Source of the DNA: Callorhinchus milii
Lineage: Eukaryota
Direction of reading: 5' to 3'
Assembly (NCBI RefSeq): GCF_018977255.1
Contig: NW_024704743.1
Location: 27,034,001-27,098,000 of the forward strand
DNA length: 64,000 bases
Shown: piece after piece, positions 11,931 to 24,543 of the stretch
Layout of the letters: every line of letters starts with the position of its first letter
How positions within the stretch are numbered: the stretch's first letter is position 1
Translations under genes and position numbers: made by a program
The notes under the pieces: model-generated
The model's input: only the letters and a program-made list of their open reading frames with translations
Databases searched by the model: none
Told to the model about the DNA's origin: nothing

Positions 11931-14542
11931 CTTTTACACTAAATGTTTCCAGTGCCAATATATGAAATACATCACAATGAAGTACTCATGGAAACTGACC
12001 TAAGCTGGTCCATTACGCATTTTATTGGAATCTGGTTTCAGATGACTTAATTTAGTCATGCATTCATTCTTATGAGATAATGCTTGATGTTCCAATAGTG
12101 CAAGTGCAAGATTTGTTCCATTCTCGGCACTGTTGCACTTCATCTGAGCTATTTCAATTGCTGATATTCTGCAGTATCAAATTGTTGTCTTTGTGGTGGA
12201 TACTGGTCACAATTTCCAAGTTCTCAGGTTATAGAAGTAATGTAGATGTAATGTGTGGAGGGAGGAATAGTGGGTGGATAACCTTTGAATTACAGTTGAA
12301 GTGCAACAGCTATATTATTGTTGGGCGAAATGCGATTGTACCCAGTGATGTTTCACAATCTTTACCAGATTCATAGGGTTTCTTTTATCATGAGAAAGAT
12401 CCTAAAGTGTGATATTTCTTCACAGGCTTTCTTAATAAATAAAGAAGCGGCTCACATTTGTATTCCTTACTAAGGAATCTCATGGGAAATCCAGTCTCAT
12501 GGTTTCAAGCAAAAGGGAAAAAATCAACATGAAAATTAAATGTGTTTTGGTTAATCATGATCTTCCAGGGAATGTCTATTATTGAAGCTATAATAATAGT
12601 AATACTAATGCTTGCATTTGATATAGCACCTTGTAATGTCATCAAAACATCTCAAAGCACTTTCCAGGATACACTGTGAAGTGGATTGACTGTATATTTT
12701 GTAGGTATGATAAGTATAGGTGATAAGCTACACCAATCATATTGTAAGAACTTTAATACAGTTCCACTGCACAACCTGTTTTATGTTGAAATTTGAAGAG
12801 GAAGTTGATTAGATTTAACAACAAACTGAGTGTTTTAATCAGCTTGAATTTCCATAGTAAGAAATCCTTGAACAATCATTATCCGTATTTGTATGTAGAG
12901 AGCAATGTAGCTGGTTAACTGGATGCATTTAGCTCACTTTTAGGATTGTAGGATTTTGTCCGACACTAAACAGCACTATGTTCACAGTAAAGCTGTTTGT
13001 GCGATAAGCAGCACACAGTAACAACCTTTCACAAGTCCTGGGGTCATACTTTAAGACACGATCAGATGCAGCTGAGCACCTCCTTATCAGTTTCAATGTT
13101 CCAAATGTAATCATTCGCCCACAAACATGGAAAGTCATACACATCAATTTACAGTATATCTTATGAAGTGCTTTGAGACATGATAAGGTGTTATATCAAA
13201 TGCAAGGATTACTATTATTATTATTCACTTAAGTGTTATCGGGTTAACCCTGAGATTGCCACTAGGTGCATAGAGGTATCTGTTCCAGGGAATTGTCTGG
13301 TTTTCTACATTTTCAATTCATGCATTACCTCTCTGGAAAAAAATACTAATACACTATAAAGACACATCACAACAACATCCTCAAAGATCGCGTTAACAAA
13401 TGTAATAAAATCCTAATCCACTGAATTAAAGAGCACATTTTGTATTAAAAATTTTAAATCTCTTGTCACTTTTGTTCATTTCCTTTTCTTTTGTTATTTA
13501 AAATGGAAAGTTCCACTGATGGATGGTGAATGTTTTTTTTTACTTGCTGCTAAATATTGTCCAACAGCCAAACAATTATAATCTAGTTTTGTTTGTGGTT
13601 AACTATTCAGAAGATAAAGTTGGGACATTCCCTGGGGTGAATGCAGTAAGAATGTTAGAAGGCGCAGCACAGCAAAACATGTAACATAACACTTGACAGA
13701 TGATTATCAGGTCCATTTTATGATATTTGTTAAGAGATTGCTTAATTAAGAAATTCATTTAAGAAATCTTAGAAAAATGGATGGCATGATATTTGTTACT
13801 AAAATATTTGCAATTGTCCATGTTTTTAAAACATTTGTTTCCCTTTGAAATTATAGTACTTGTTAAACAAATTGAACTATTTGTCACATATTATATGGTA
13901 AACTGCCTTTGTTATAGCTGGAATGAAAGTTATTTATCAAGAACTGTGTCAAACATTTCGAATCATTTATGGGAAGCACATTTTTCCTTAATCTTTCATA
14001 GACCACTGCTAGATAATAGGAGATCCCTGGGAAATCATTGCTGAGAGGAAGTTTAAAGTAATTGATTTTAACAGTTCCTACATATGGGTATTGCAAACAC
14101 TTTATCAACATCTATTATTTAATGATAAGATTAAACACAAAGCGTCTCTGTTTGAGAAGGAAGCTGAAATGTTTGTCCTGTGGCTGTTCATTTGTGGGAT
14201 CATCTGAAAATATTATTTGATTGGAAATGACCTGGAGACAACAAAATGACCAACCATAATCTCTTCCTGATACTTCATTGTCATTTAGCTCTTGTGCTTT
14301 ACGGGCTATATACCATGTTTGCAAAGTAACGTATTAAACAGCCTGATTTCCAATCTGCACAGCAATTCCGCTCCACATATCACATAGTCTTTGCAAAGCA
14401 ATTGTATTTGCATCTTGATGACAACAAAAAATACTGAACATTTTCGTATTCTTTGACTATAAATGCTGTCATAATTTTAAAGAGTATGTCTTCAAGGACT
14501 AGAATTGATCTGAATTGGACAAATGAAGAACCTCAGTTCTGT

Positions 14543-14670
14543 ACATAGAATCATAGAATTATACAGTACAGAAGGAGGCCATTTGGCCCATTGTGTCTGT
14601 GTTAGCTCTTTGAAAAGACCTATCCAATTCAATCCCACTCCCCTGCTCTCTCCCCATAGTCCTGCAAACA
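14543..14670 (-). mobile_element. CR1 3' UTR/tail
   Basis: catagaatcatagaat 8-mer tail followed by acagaaggaggccatttggccc. Confidence 0.75.
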
Positions 14671-16707
14671 TGTCTTCCCCAATTCATCAATAGGTCTATC
14701 TTCCATTCTTGCTACCATATCTGAAGAGAATGTTTTACAGATTTTGATACAAAAACAAAAGCAATTTATTGAGATGGAAGGTGAGCAGGTTTTCATGCAA
14801 TAAAGCCCACATTGGAGACATTGCTGTGGATCACTTTGATGCACTTTCTGGAAACTTTCTCAATATCACACATCATCAGGCATATTTCAGCCGGGATCTT
14901 CCTGCACACAATTAAACCAACCAGGGATTCAGAAACTACACAAAAATGAGAGATGTAAAGGCTAAGGTTCTCCATTATAGAGTTAATATACCCCCCAAAG
15001 TATTCAGTTTGAAACAATCTGTTGTTTGAAACCTTTGTTTCCAAAATAATTGTTTGCTTCGATTGAATACAAAATATGTGTTTTATGTGTTATGGTGCAA
15101 ATATAAGTATTTGGAAAGAGAATTAGTTGGATATTCCTTTTCAAGCTTGCTTGAAAACATTGCTTGAAAAAGAATATGGAAGGGTATGGGGAGTGAATGG
15201 AATTAGATTTTATGGCTAATGTGGAGAAAGGTGCCCGAGCAGACTGTATCAACCTCAAGGAAAATACCGAAGAAATAATTTATTGAGCAAAAAATAAAAA
15301 TACAATAAACTGAATAATACCATGTCATCTCCAAAAGGATCTGGCATATGTCTAATGTTACAAGTCTGTGTAAGGATAGTTTAGTTAGAAATGGTCATAC
15401 AGGAATTTGGCATAATGTGACAGAGGTCCTTCAAAAGCTAAACACAAGTAAATGGTAGTAGAGGTATTATTGCTGGTGCAACATACCAACGATTCAAAGT
15501 AGATGCTCTAAATGGTAAAGGCAAATATGGATTCAACAGTAACACAAATTGACAATCATTGCACAAAAGATACACAACAGATGCAGAAGCATTGGACACA
15601 AACCGCAAAATACCCAAGAAGGACACAATGAAAGATAACACAAGATTATTAATAATAATAATTGTTGCATTTGATAAAACACCTTTCAGAATGGGAAGCT
15701 GCCTCAAAATTCTTCACATGACTTTCTATACAATATGAGGTGTCTGTCTTTAGGTCTTCTCTTTTTACAGAAATGTATTTATTCTGCAGCTTCCGGTGGT
15801 GATGCTTACCTGTTTCTATCAGTGCTGAATTTTTCGTATTCTGCTTGATTCTGAGTTGTACTTCAAACCCCAACATTTCGTCCATTGCTAAAATAATTTT
15901 TCCATCTCCAGAATATCGCCTTCTTACAAACTTATTTCTTTCCCTCTGGCACTAAAATCCTCCTTTGCTACCTGAAATATTGGCTTCTCCATTACTCCAT
16001 GTTCTTCAAAAGCTCTACAGCCCGTATTCTCTCCATCAACAGATTCTACATGAACATGACTCCCACCCTTGCAGATTCCTTATCAATAAACATGTGGCCC
16101 AACTTTATAATAATGTAATGATCCTTGCATTTGTTATAGTGACTTTCACTTTGGGGAGATGTCTCATAGCACTTCACATGATATACATTAAAGTGGTTTG
16201 ATTGTATATTTTGTGAGCGAAAACACGGCAACCAGTTGTGTACAGCAATGTTTCATTAAACAGCCATGGAGTGAGTGAACACAAACCTTGTGACTCAGAA
16301 GTGAGAGTGCTACCACTGTGCCAGGCTGACACAACTTTAGAATCCTTGACCCTCAAATCCCCTCACAACCTTACCTCCATCCTGGCTCTATTAATCTCCT
16401 CCAACCCTACTCTCCTGCCTCTACTTTCTGCTTCTTCAAATTCTAATCATTCCTCACTTCCTTAGTCCTTTCTTTGATGACCAAGATATCAGCCACTAAA
16501 TCCTGCTCTCTGAAACTTTGATCCACAAATCTCTGTGCCTTGTTTCTTCTCCTCTTTTTGCATTCAAAACTCATCTATTTGACTGCTTTTTGAACACAAC
16601 ATCCTTAATTTCCTTTCTCCCTGCTGAGTGCTCACCATTGTATTTGTAAAGCACTCGCAAGACTTCCATTCCATATGAAAGAATCTTTATAAGTGCAAAT
16701 TTTCTGG

Positions 16708-17350
16708 ATAACAACAACTTACATTTATATAGCACTCATTTTACATAGGGTAACATTCTGGAATGCTTTACAAGGACAGGGTTGAACTGCGAGCAAGAGA
16801 AAGGGGGGAAAGGGGTAGAATGGGTGGCCATCAGTGCATTCAAAGAGGCAGGATTTCAGGTGGGACTTAAAGATAGAAAGAGAGGGGGAGAGACGGAGTG
16901 CTGGAGTGAGATAGTTCCTGAAGTTGCACACAGGAACTGAAGGCTCAGCCAAGAATGGTTGGTGTGGAGAGAGCCGGGTATGCATAACATATTTGAGTTA
17001 TTTGAGTGATGGGGACAGATGGAGGAGTAGAGTGGGAGACATTCAGAGAGACAAGGAGGTGCCAGGATGTGAATGAATTTATGAGGACCTTGAAATTAAT
17101 CCACTGGGAAACAGGAAGCCAGTAAATTCTGGTGTGCATAGTTTCAGGCGATGGAGTTTGGGATGAGATGCAGCTTGTCAATGGTGCAATGAGGAAAACA
17201 GATAAAGAGTGTATTGGAAAAGTCTAAGCAAGTTGTGACAAAGGCATAGAATGAGTGTTTCTGCAAGATTGGTTGTGAGATAAGGGCAGGGATGGGCGAT
17301 GTGGCAGAGATGAAGGAAGACAGTCTTGGTCAGGAAAAGGATCTGAGGGC
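16708..17350 (-). mobile_element. Decayed L2 3' fragment
   Basis: YWLPVSQWINFKVL and IFKSHLKSCLFE remnants, with a (CAA)n tail at about 16710. Confidence 0.75.
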
Positions 17351-17789
17351 ATAAAGGGTATTAGTGTACACTTTTACAAAATGTAACTCTGAAGCTGACA
17401 TTCCTAAAATTTCAACTCGTAAGCATTCTGAAATGAGCATTTCACCCATTGAAATACATATAGCATCTATAAGCGTGTATTTTTTTCACAGATTTGGAAA
17501 GAAAGCAAACTGGATTATACCTTTAGGAGATACGCTAGATATCAGACAGGGTTTGAGGCTAGCCTATGACAGTAGATCAATGGGGTCGAAAACCTGGTTG
17601 CTTAACAAAGTGAGAGTAAAGTCCAGTTGTTTATCATTTGCTTAACAACAAAAGCTTAAATCCACTAAGTGACATTCAAAGGCAATACTGGTTGCCTTTA
17701 GGATTGACCACTATGGCCAGTTGATTGTCAGATGCAGTTTTAGTCAATATGATAATTATCACTGATGAAAGTTCCACTCATTTTACTTT

Positions 17790-18785
17790 CAATATCATAT
17801 AGCATTTTAGCATTGCCTCTGAGAAATCTTTTTGGAAGGTGCAAAGCTTTAACTTATCTAATAGTCCCTCTCAGATCTTATCCCTTTAACGATGGATTAG
17901 CCTGGTTGATCTCCTACGCAGTGCCTTTAGGGTCTGAGAACTCACTCACATTGTACTGATTAGAATGCAGTACTCCAAGTGCAGCCTAACCAAAGTATTG
18001 TATACCGTAAACCTCTGGAGAACAGATCTCAATAATTGTAATTATGTAATCCAGCATCCCATCAGTTATCTCCCTAATTCTTCCATCATCCTCCTCAGCT
18101 CAATTACACTAACTCCCTGCTCATCAATCTTCCCAATTCTTCACTTCACAAGCCTCCTGCAAGGCCCGTCTCAAGACCCTCCTCTTCATCCGTGCCTTCA
18201 CCCTCCTACTTCCACACACCCTGCCCTCTCATCCTCCTGATAACCTCCAGCTCGGGTGCACATCCTTGACTAGCTAGTGCTTTGGGAGGTTTTCCCAACT
18301 TGAACGGGGCTGTACAAATGTAATTTGTTGTTGTTGTTGGTATGTTCTATCCCTTCTGTAGAATAGCTGTTCCTGCTATTTATAGAATCATAGGATAATA
18401 GAATTAAAATTTACAGCACAGGAGGAGGCCATTCAACCCATTGAGTGTGCACCACTCTCAGAGCAAGGTGTTTCAATCAATTCGACCACCCCACCCTATT
18501 CCCATACCCATTTAAGCCTTTATCTTTGATAAACCTTTCTACTTCCCTCTTTGTTCTAATATTAATATTCTGTGAAGCGTTTTGAGACATCTAGAAGACG
18601 TGAAAAGCGCTATATCAAATGCAAGGCTTATTATTATTATTATTATTTAACCCACGGTGGAATCTTGCCTCTATCACCTAATTTGACAGGATATTCCGAA
18701 TTCCAACTGCTCTCTGAGTGAAAAACGTTCTCCTAAGGTCTTCTTTCTCTCTTCTTGTGACTCTTTAACTGTTACCCATAATTTT
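17790..18785 (-). mobile_element. CR1 fragments (17790-18010; 18382-18785) with intervening + strand L2 tail (about 18150-18338) and SINE tail (18568-18646)
   Basis: cagtactccaagtgcagcctaacc is the reverse of the CR1 VRxHLEYC motif. The CR1 tail is at about 18385. Confidence 0.65.
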
Positions 18786-18799
18786 GTACATTTCCCACA

Positions 18800-19160
18800 T
18801 TTCCCTCCACTCCTCTGCATCCTACCTCTCTGACCTCCTCTCTCCTCACAACTGTGCCCGTTGTCTTCATTCCACTGGGTCTGGCCTCCTCCTTGTCCCC
18901 CGAGTCCTCCGCTCCACCCTCGGCGGCTGTGCTTTCAGCCATTATGCCCTGAAGCTCTGGAATTCCCTTCCTTACTCCCTTCGCTTCGCCCCCTCTCTTC
19001 CTATTTTCAGGTCTCGGCTGGAAGACATTTCTTTTCACCAGCGCCTTTGGTTACCTTCCTCCCCCTCCCCCTGGCTCAGCCCGGGATCCGTTACTGTGAA
19101 GCACTCTGAGATGCCGTCCAGCGTGGAGGGCGCTATATAAATCCAAGTTGTTGTTGTTGT
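18800..19160 (+). mobile_element. L2 (older subfamily) 3' end
   Basis: SYLSDLL...TLGGCAFSHYALKLWNSLP, with a (TTG)n tail. Confidence 0.85.
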
Positions 19161-19254
19161 TATATGCAGTATTGTGCATTCATTGGTACAGAAATTTATT
19201 TGGAAATGATCAGCACTAAATGGGATTGAGAAAAGAAACCAAAAACAGTATTTA

Positions 19255-19686
19255 ATAACAATAATTTTTCCCATTTGATATAACACCCAATCGCGTCGAA
19301 ATGTCTCAGAGCACTTCAAGGAGATTTTAATCCTTGCAATTTTTGATATCTTTTGTAAAGTGTAGTGACTGTGAATTTGCAGGTAGCCAATTTGCACACG
19401 GCAATATCACACAAACAGCCATGAGATGAATGATTAATTAATCTGGAGGATTGTTGGCCAAAACATCAGGAAAAACTCCTTTTTCCCTGGAATCTTTAAC
19501 ATTTACCTAACTAGGCAGATGAGAACCTTGGTCTCATTTGAAGGATGGCACCTCCAACAGTGCAATGCTCTCCAGTACTGTATTGGAGTGTCCACCTGGA
19601 TAATCAGCTCAGAAAATCAATGTGAGCCTTGAATCCACAACCTACTGACCCACAGGTGAGAGTGCTAGCAACTGAATCAGGCCGAT
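19255..19686 (-). mobile_element. Near full-length DeuSINE-type SINE
   Basis: tRNA-like head on the minus strand (ttcagttgctagcactctc...ggattcaag), Deu-like core (gcactgttggaggtgccatcctt..atgagac) and an L2-like tail. Confidence 0.75.
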
Positions 19687-20024
19687 AACAAGGCAGCAGA
19701 ACAAAAGATTACTGGTTCAGTGATATGACATTGAATTTCAGAAGAAACACTTAGACATATTTCCTTAAACAAATGGTAGTTAACAATTGATTATTGTTGT
19801 TGTTAACAATCGGAATGAGTTACCAGGAACCATAATTGAGGGTAGTTATGGTGGGTATTTTGAAAGAATTAGATCAAATGAGCTGAATCCAAATTCAGTA
19901 ATTAATTGCAAGCTGATTCTCCATAAGTATTTTTTTGGGGTGACTATAAAAAAAACCTTCCAAATTAAGATTGAATTCAAGACTGATTTTTCAAAGTGTT
20001 CACGTGAATTTTAAAACAGTGTTC

Positions 20025-20069
20025 TTATGAATATAAGAATATAAGAATATAAGCTTATGAATATAAGAA
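20025..20069. repeat. (AATATAAG)n octamer tandem repeat
   Basis: gaatataagaatataagaatataagcttatgaatataagaa; resembles a CR1-type 8-mer tail. Confidence 0.7.
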
Positions 20070-20673
20070 ATGTTTGGCCCCAAATTTGTTGTTGAGTTAA
20101 GATTTTAAATTTAATTCATACAGCAATGTAGATAAGATATCTGGTCCAGACATGGATGTACCACAGTCAGACATCCAGCTACAGTATAATTCAATATAAA
20201 ACTAAAAGCTTCAATCAAACATTGACCCAATCGCACCAGTGACGCAGTATTTGCAATCTGTACACAATTCTGGGTTTGATAGGCAAAGACAAACAGTCTT
20301 TTGGCATTGTTTTTCACGCAATCTAATACCCCTTTGCTGGATGTTAATAAACCTCCGAAATACACAGTGAGCAAGAGAAGCAGATGAAAACCATGCTGGA
20401 AAGCAATGCTAGCTATTGTTCTGCTAATATTTAAGTGAAAATGGTTAAGACTTAAGCTTCATAATAATAATAATCCTTGCATTGACATAGCGCTTGTCAC
20501 ATCTTCTAGCCATCTCAAAGTTCTTCACAGAATATATTGCAAAGTGAATTAACTGTATATTTGTGAGCGAAACTTTGGATCAGGAGTTCAACCTCATTTC
20601 TGGTAGAGAGACACACTTGCTATATTCAAGGTACACTATGCAAATAAAGAGATTAAATGTGCAGCTAAAACTG

Positions 20674-20840
20674 ATAATAATAATAATCCTTGCATTTGAT
20701 ATAGCGCTTTTCGCATCTTCTTGACGTCTCAAAGCGCTTCATCAGGCATGTGGAGTAAAGAAACTTGCCCAAGGTTTCTCCCTGCCGGGAATCAAACCCA
20801 GGTCTCTCACTTGCGAGGTGAGTGCTCTAACCACTGAGCT
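20674..20840 (-). mobile_element. Internally deleted tRNA-Ala SINE (head joined to tail)
   Basis: The tRNA head and cttgggcaagtttctttactccaca join directly to gaagcgctttgagacgtc...(TTA)n. Confidence 0.85.
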
Positions 20841-22587
20841 TTATTTGATTGGGCAAATTGATTTAACTTCTTGACGATACATGAATAAAATATTGAGGAA
20901 AATGATTGGATTTTGAATTCACCTGCACAGATGCTATACGCTTGACAGACTTTAGTTAATTTTATCAAGTTATCAGAAATAAAATATGAAATTATCAGAA
21001 ATGAACAACTGTGTCCTGTGATGTGGTAGTTAACATGTGACTGAACATTGCAGTCAATGTTTTAATTTATTGACTAGTGGTGGGTATGACTCTGAAGGGC
21101 AGCTTGGGTCACCTGAAATCACCCTTGCTGCCCATGTTTGCTGTCAGGCTATGCATTCAAGTGCTGTTTGGCAATAGGCTTGCTTAACTCAACCAAAAAC
21201 AAGAGTTAATCCTGCGACTTCTCAACAGAAACTGCAAAACATTTGTTTGGTGACTCAGCAATATGAAGATTACAGTTCTGTCCTTTTTTCATGTCTAACC
21301 TGAGTTTAATTGCACTCCAGATTAATGCAACGAGAATTTCCATTGTTTAAGTAATTGGCTACTCATCTCATTGATCTTTATGGGCCATCGCTGTTGTGCA
21401 TTTTCTCCTGCATTTGCCTTGATAACATTATTTACTGTGTTTTCTAATCAATTTTATTTCATAAAGTATTTTAAAACATTTATTTTACACGAAAAGCACT
21501 ATATAAATGAAAGTTATTGTTATCAGTAAAAGGTGAAATTTATTTTACCAGTTTTGATCGGTTCCTCTTGAGTATAAGCCCATTGTGCAAAACTTCCCAT
21601 AACTTGGCAATGGATTTGCAGTCTCACTCACAGAGACTATGAGGCATGGGTATTGGTGTGAGCCATTGCAAAAACAGAAGTGTTCACTACAAAATCACTG
21701 ATGTCTCCTGATTTTGGAGCAAAATACTTCCCAGGAGCCAAAGGCCTTCTTTCAGCACACTGGGTTTGTCAACGCATAGCGTTCCTTCCATCTGCTGCTA
21801 TTTTCACATTATTGTTGTGTCTCTTGAGGTTTCATCTGACAAATGCACCATTTTTTTGATGAATGAGGCAAACCAGAGCAGCAACAATATTGAGCACAAA
21901 AAGTACCAATTTCCTATCTGGTTCACAAGGTCTGATATTGTCTTGCACTTATTAGAAAGCAAACTTCACTTGACTAAGATAGATCTAATGATTGACAGGT
22001 GCATTGTGGAGTTTAAGGTGCACAGACTCAACAAACAGATTTGTTGTTTCAGTTGAATTTTCTGTTTTGTGAATATTGGATTGCAAAATTCACATTGAAA
22101 TGATGGTGTATTCCCAACCTGATCTGTTGAACTCGATCCTCTGAGGAATGGGGAGCCAGTGGAGCCAGGTGAGGATGGGTGTGATGGGGACATGAAGCCT
22201 GGTGCAGGAGAGGACACGAGCTGCAGATTTCTGGATGATCCACCGAAACCCTCATACACATATTCATTATGCACGCATGCATGCTATGTTTTGCTTTTGT
22301 TTGTTTTTTTATCCGACTTTGCTGATTTTAAATCCTGATACACCTTCTATATTTTTATAGAAACTATTAGAATCAGATATTTACAGACCAGATTTAACAC
22401 TTATTGAAACACATCTGGTTTTGTGAATATACCATTTTAGATTCCAGTATCAAAATTAAGGAAATTATTGTTTAATGTGTGTAATTAAATCTTGCATTTC
22501 ATATGGTGTTTCATCACATCCAACTATCTCAAAGCACTTTACAAATTTAACTGTAAAGTGCTGTCACTGGGTATTTGTATTTGTACA

Positions 22588-23532
22588 TTTCTATCTCTCT
22601 GCCTCCACCCTCGACCCCAGGACCACTGATGTCCTGACAGACTGCCTGTCAGATATCAAATCCTGGATTAGAGCCAACTTTCTACAGTTGAACATCTGCA
22701 AGACCAAGGCCCTCCTAATTGGCTCTCACCAGAGCCTCCTCACCTCAGGCACTAGCAGCATCAGTATCCAAGAATGCCCACTTCATCTCACCAAGCCAGT
22801 CAGCCACCCAGGCATCTTGTTCGACCCTCAACTGTTTTTTCTCCCCCACATCTGTGCCATAACCTGCTTGGCCTTATCCCATCTCTGCAACATTGCCCGA
22901 CTCTGCCACTGCCTCACCCCTCAGGCTGCCGAAACCCTCATACATGCGTTCATTACAACCAGGTTTGACTATGCTAACGCCCAGCTTGTGGGCCTTCCCA
23001 ACTCTTTCCTCGACAAGCTGCAGATCATCCAGAAATCTGCAGCTCATGTCCTCTCCCGCACCAGGCTCCGTGATCCCATCACTCCCATCCTCGACCAACT
23101 ACACTAGCTCCCCATCCCTCAGAGGATAGAGTTCAAAATTCTCATACTCAGCTTCAAGGCCCTCCATGGCCTTGCCCTTCCTACCTCTCCGACCTGCTAA
23201 CCTCTTATCAACCTGTCCATACCTCCTGCTCAGCCTACTCCATCTTCCCCGCCCGGCCCACTGCACCATCGGTGGTCGGGCCTTCACCTCTCTGCCGCCA
23301 TCCTCTGGAACTCCATCTCTCATTCCCTTTGCCTCGTTTCCTCCCTTGCCTCCTTGAAGGCACACCTCAAGACCCTCCTCTTTGACCGTAACTTCGGCCA
23401 TCTTCCTACCCTCTCTCCCCTCCACCCTCCTTGGTCCCAACACCCACCTCTTGGGTTCTAATCCCTGACTGTCAAGTGCCTTGGGACATCCTCCCGACAT
23501 GCAAAGCACTTTACAAATGTAATGTTGTATTG
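22588..23532 (+). mobile_element. L2 LINE 3' 0.95 kb (a small minus-strand L2 piece lies at about 22120-22260)
   Basis: ORF 22475..23107 has [17 protein letters not shown] and RFDYAN. The tail is gggacatcctcccgacatg. Confidence 0.92.
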
Positions 23533-23534
23533 TA

Positions 23535-23930
23535 CGCAACTGCAGCAGCCAATTTATGCACATTAGTGTTCTACAAACAGCCAGTAGGTGAATGATCAAT
23601 TTAAGTGGCCAAGACACTTGGAGAAATGCCCTTTTCTTTTTGAATACTGCCATGAATTCTTTAACATCCGCCTGACCAAATTGACAAGCCCTAACATCTT
23701 AACTGAAGGAAAGGATCTCTATACTCCCCCAACACTGCACTGGAGTGTCAACAATAACAACAACAGCAACTTGCATTTGTATAGTGTTCCTTATGCAGGG
23801 TAGGGTCCAGGAATGCTGAACTCATGGTCTAGGCATGTCAGCCTAGAGAATGAGTTCAAAATCCCTCACAAAGGACTTGAACCCACAACCTTCTGACCCG
23901 GAGGTAAAAGTGCTACCAACTGAGCCAAGC
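23535..23930 (-). mobile_element. DeuSINE-type SINE, interrupted by a short L2 tail at about 23750-23800
   Basis: Head ggcttggctcagttggtagcac on the minus strand at about 23930, with Deu-like core remnants. Confidence 0.65.
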
Positions 23931-24264
23931 CTTTCCCTCAACCTGAACTTTGCAACCAGGAGATGGCAATACACTGAAACACATTGTATCTCATATTGTT
24001 ATGAAAAATACTGAGAGGAAATATGGTGCAGGTTCATGTGCTTCTTTATTATTTTTTTCATGCAGCAAGTTTTAAGTGGCCAGTGTTACAGTCCTCACAA
24101 TTCTAATAGCAGCCAAAGAGCTAAATAGCAAAGGTTCCCAGAAATAATAATAATGCTGGCCAGTTAAAAATAATAATAATCCTTTTATTTGATATAGCAT
24201 CTTATCATTTCTTCTCAAAGTGCTTTGCAGAATATACTGTAAAGTGAATTGACTGTATATTGTA

Positions 24265-24543
24265 TAGAGACCTGGGTTCAATTCCCGTCCAGGCGAAACT
24301 TTGGGCAAGTTTTCTTACCCCACACGCCTAATAATGATCCCTCAAGAAAAAAAACAATAATAATTTAGTCACTCAATCCATGACTGTTTGTGGGACGCTG
24401 CTGTGCGCAATTGGCTGCCGCGTTTGCCCACAAATATACAGTCAATTCACTTTACAGTGTGTTCTGTGAAGCGCTTTGGGACGTCCTCCCGACGTGAAAA
24501 GCGCTATATCAAATGCAAGGATTATTATTATTATTATTATTAT
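24265..24543 (+). mobile_element. tRNA-Ala SINE, 5'-truncated (back to back with a minus-strand SINE tail at about 24168-24262)
   Basis: Near-identical to 11145-11434. Confidence 0.92.
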
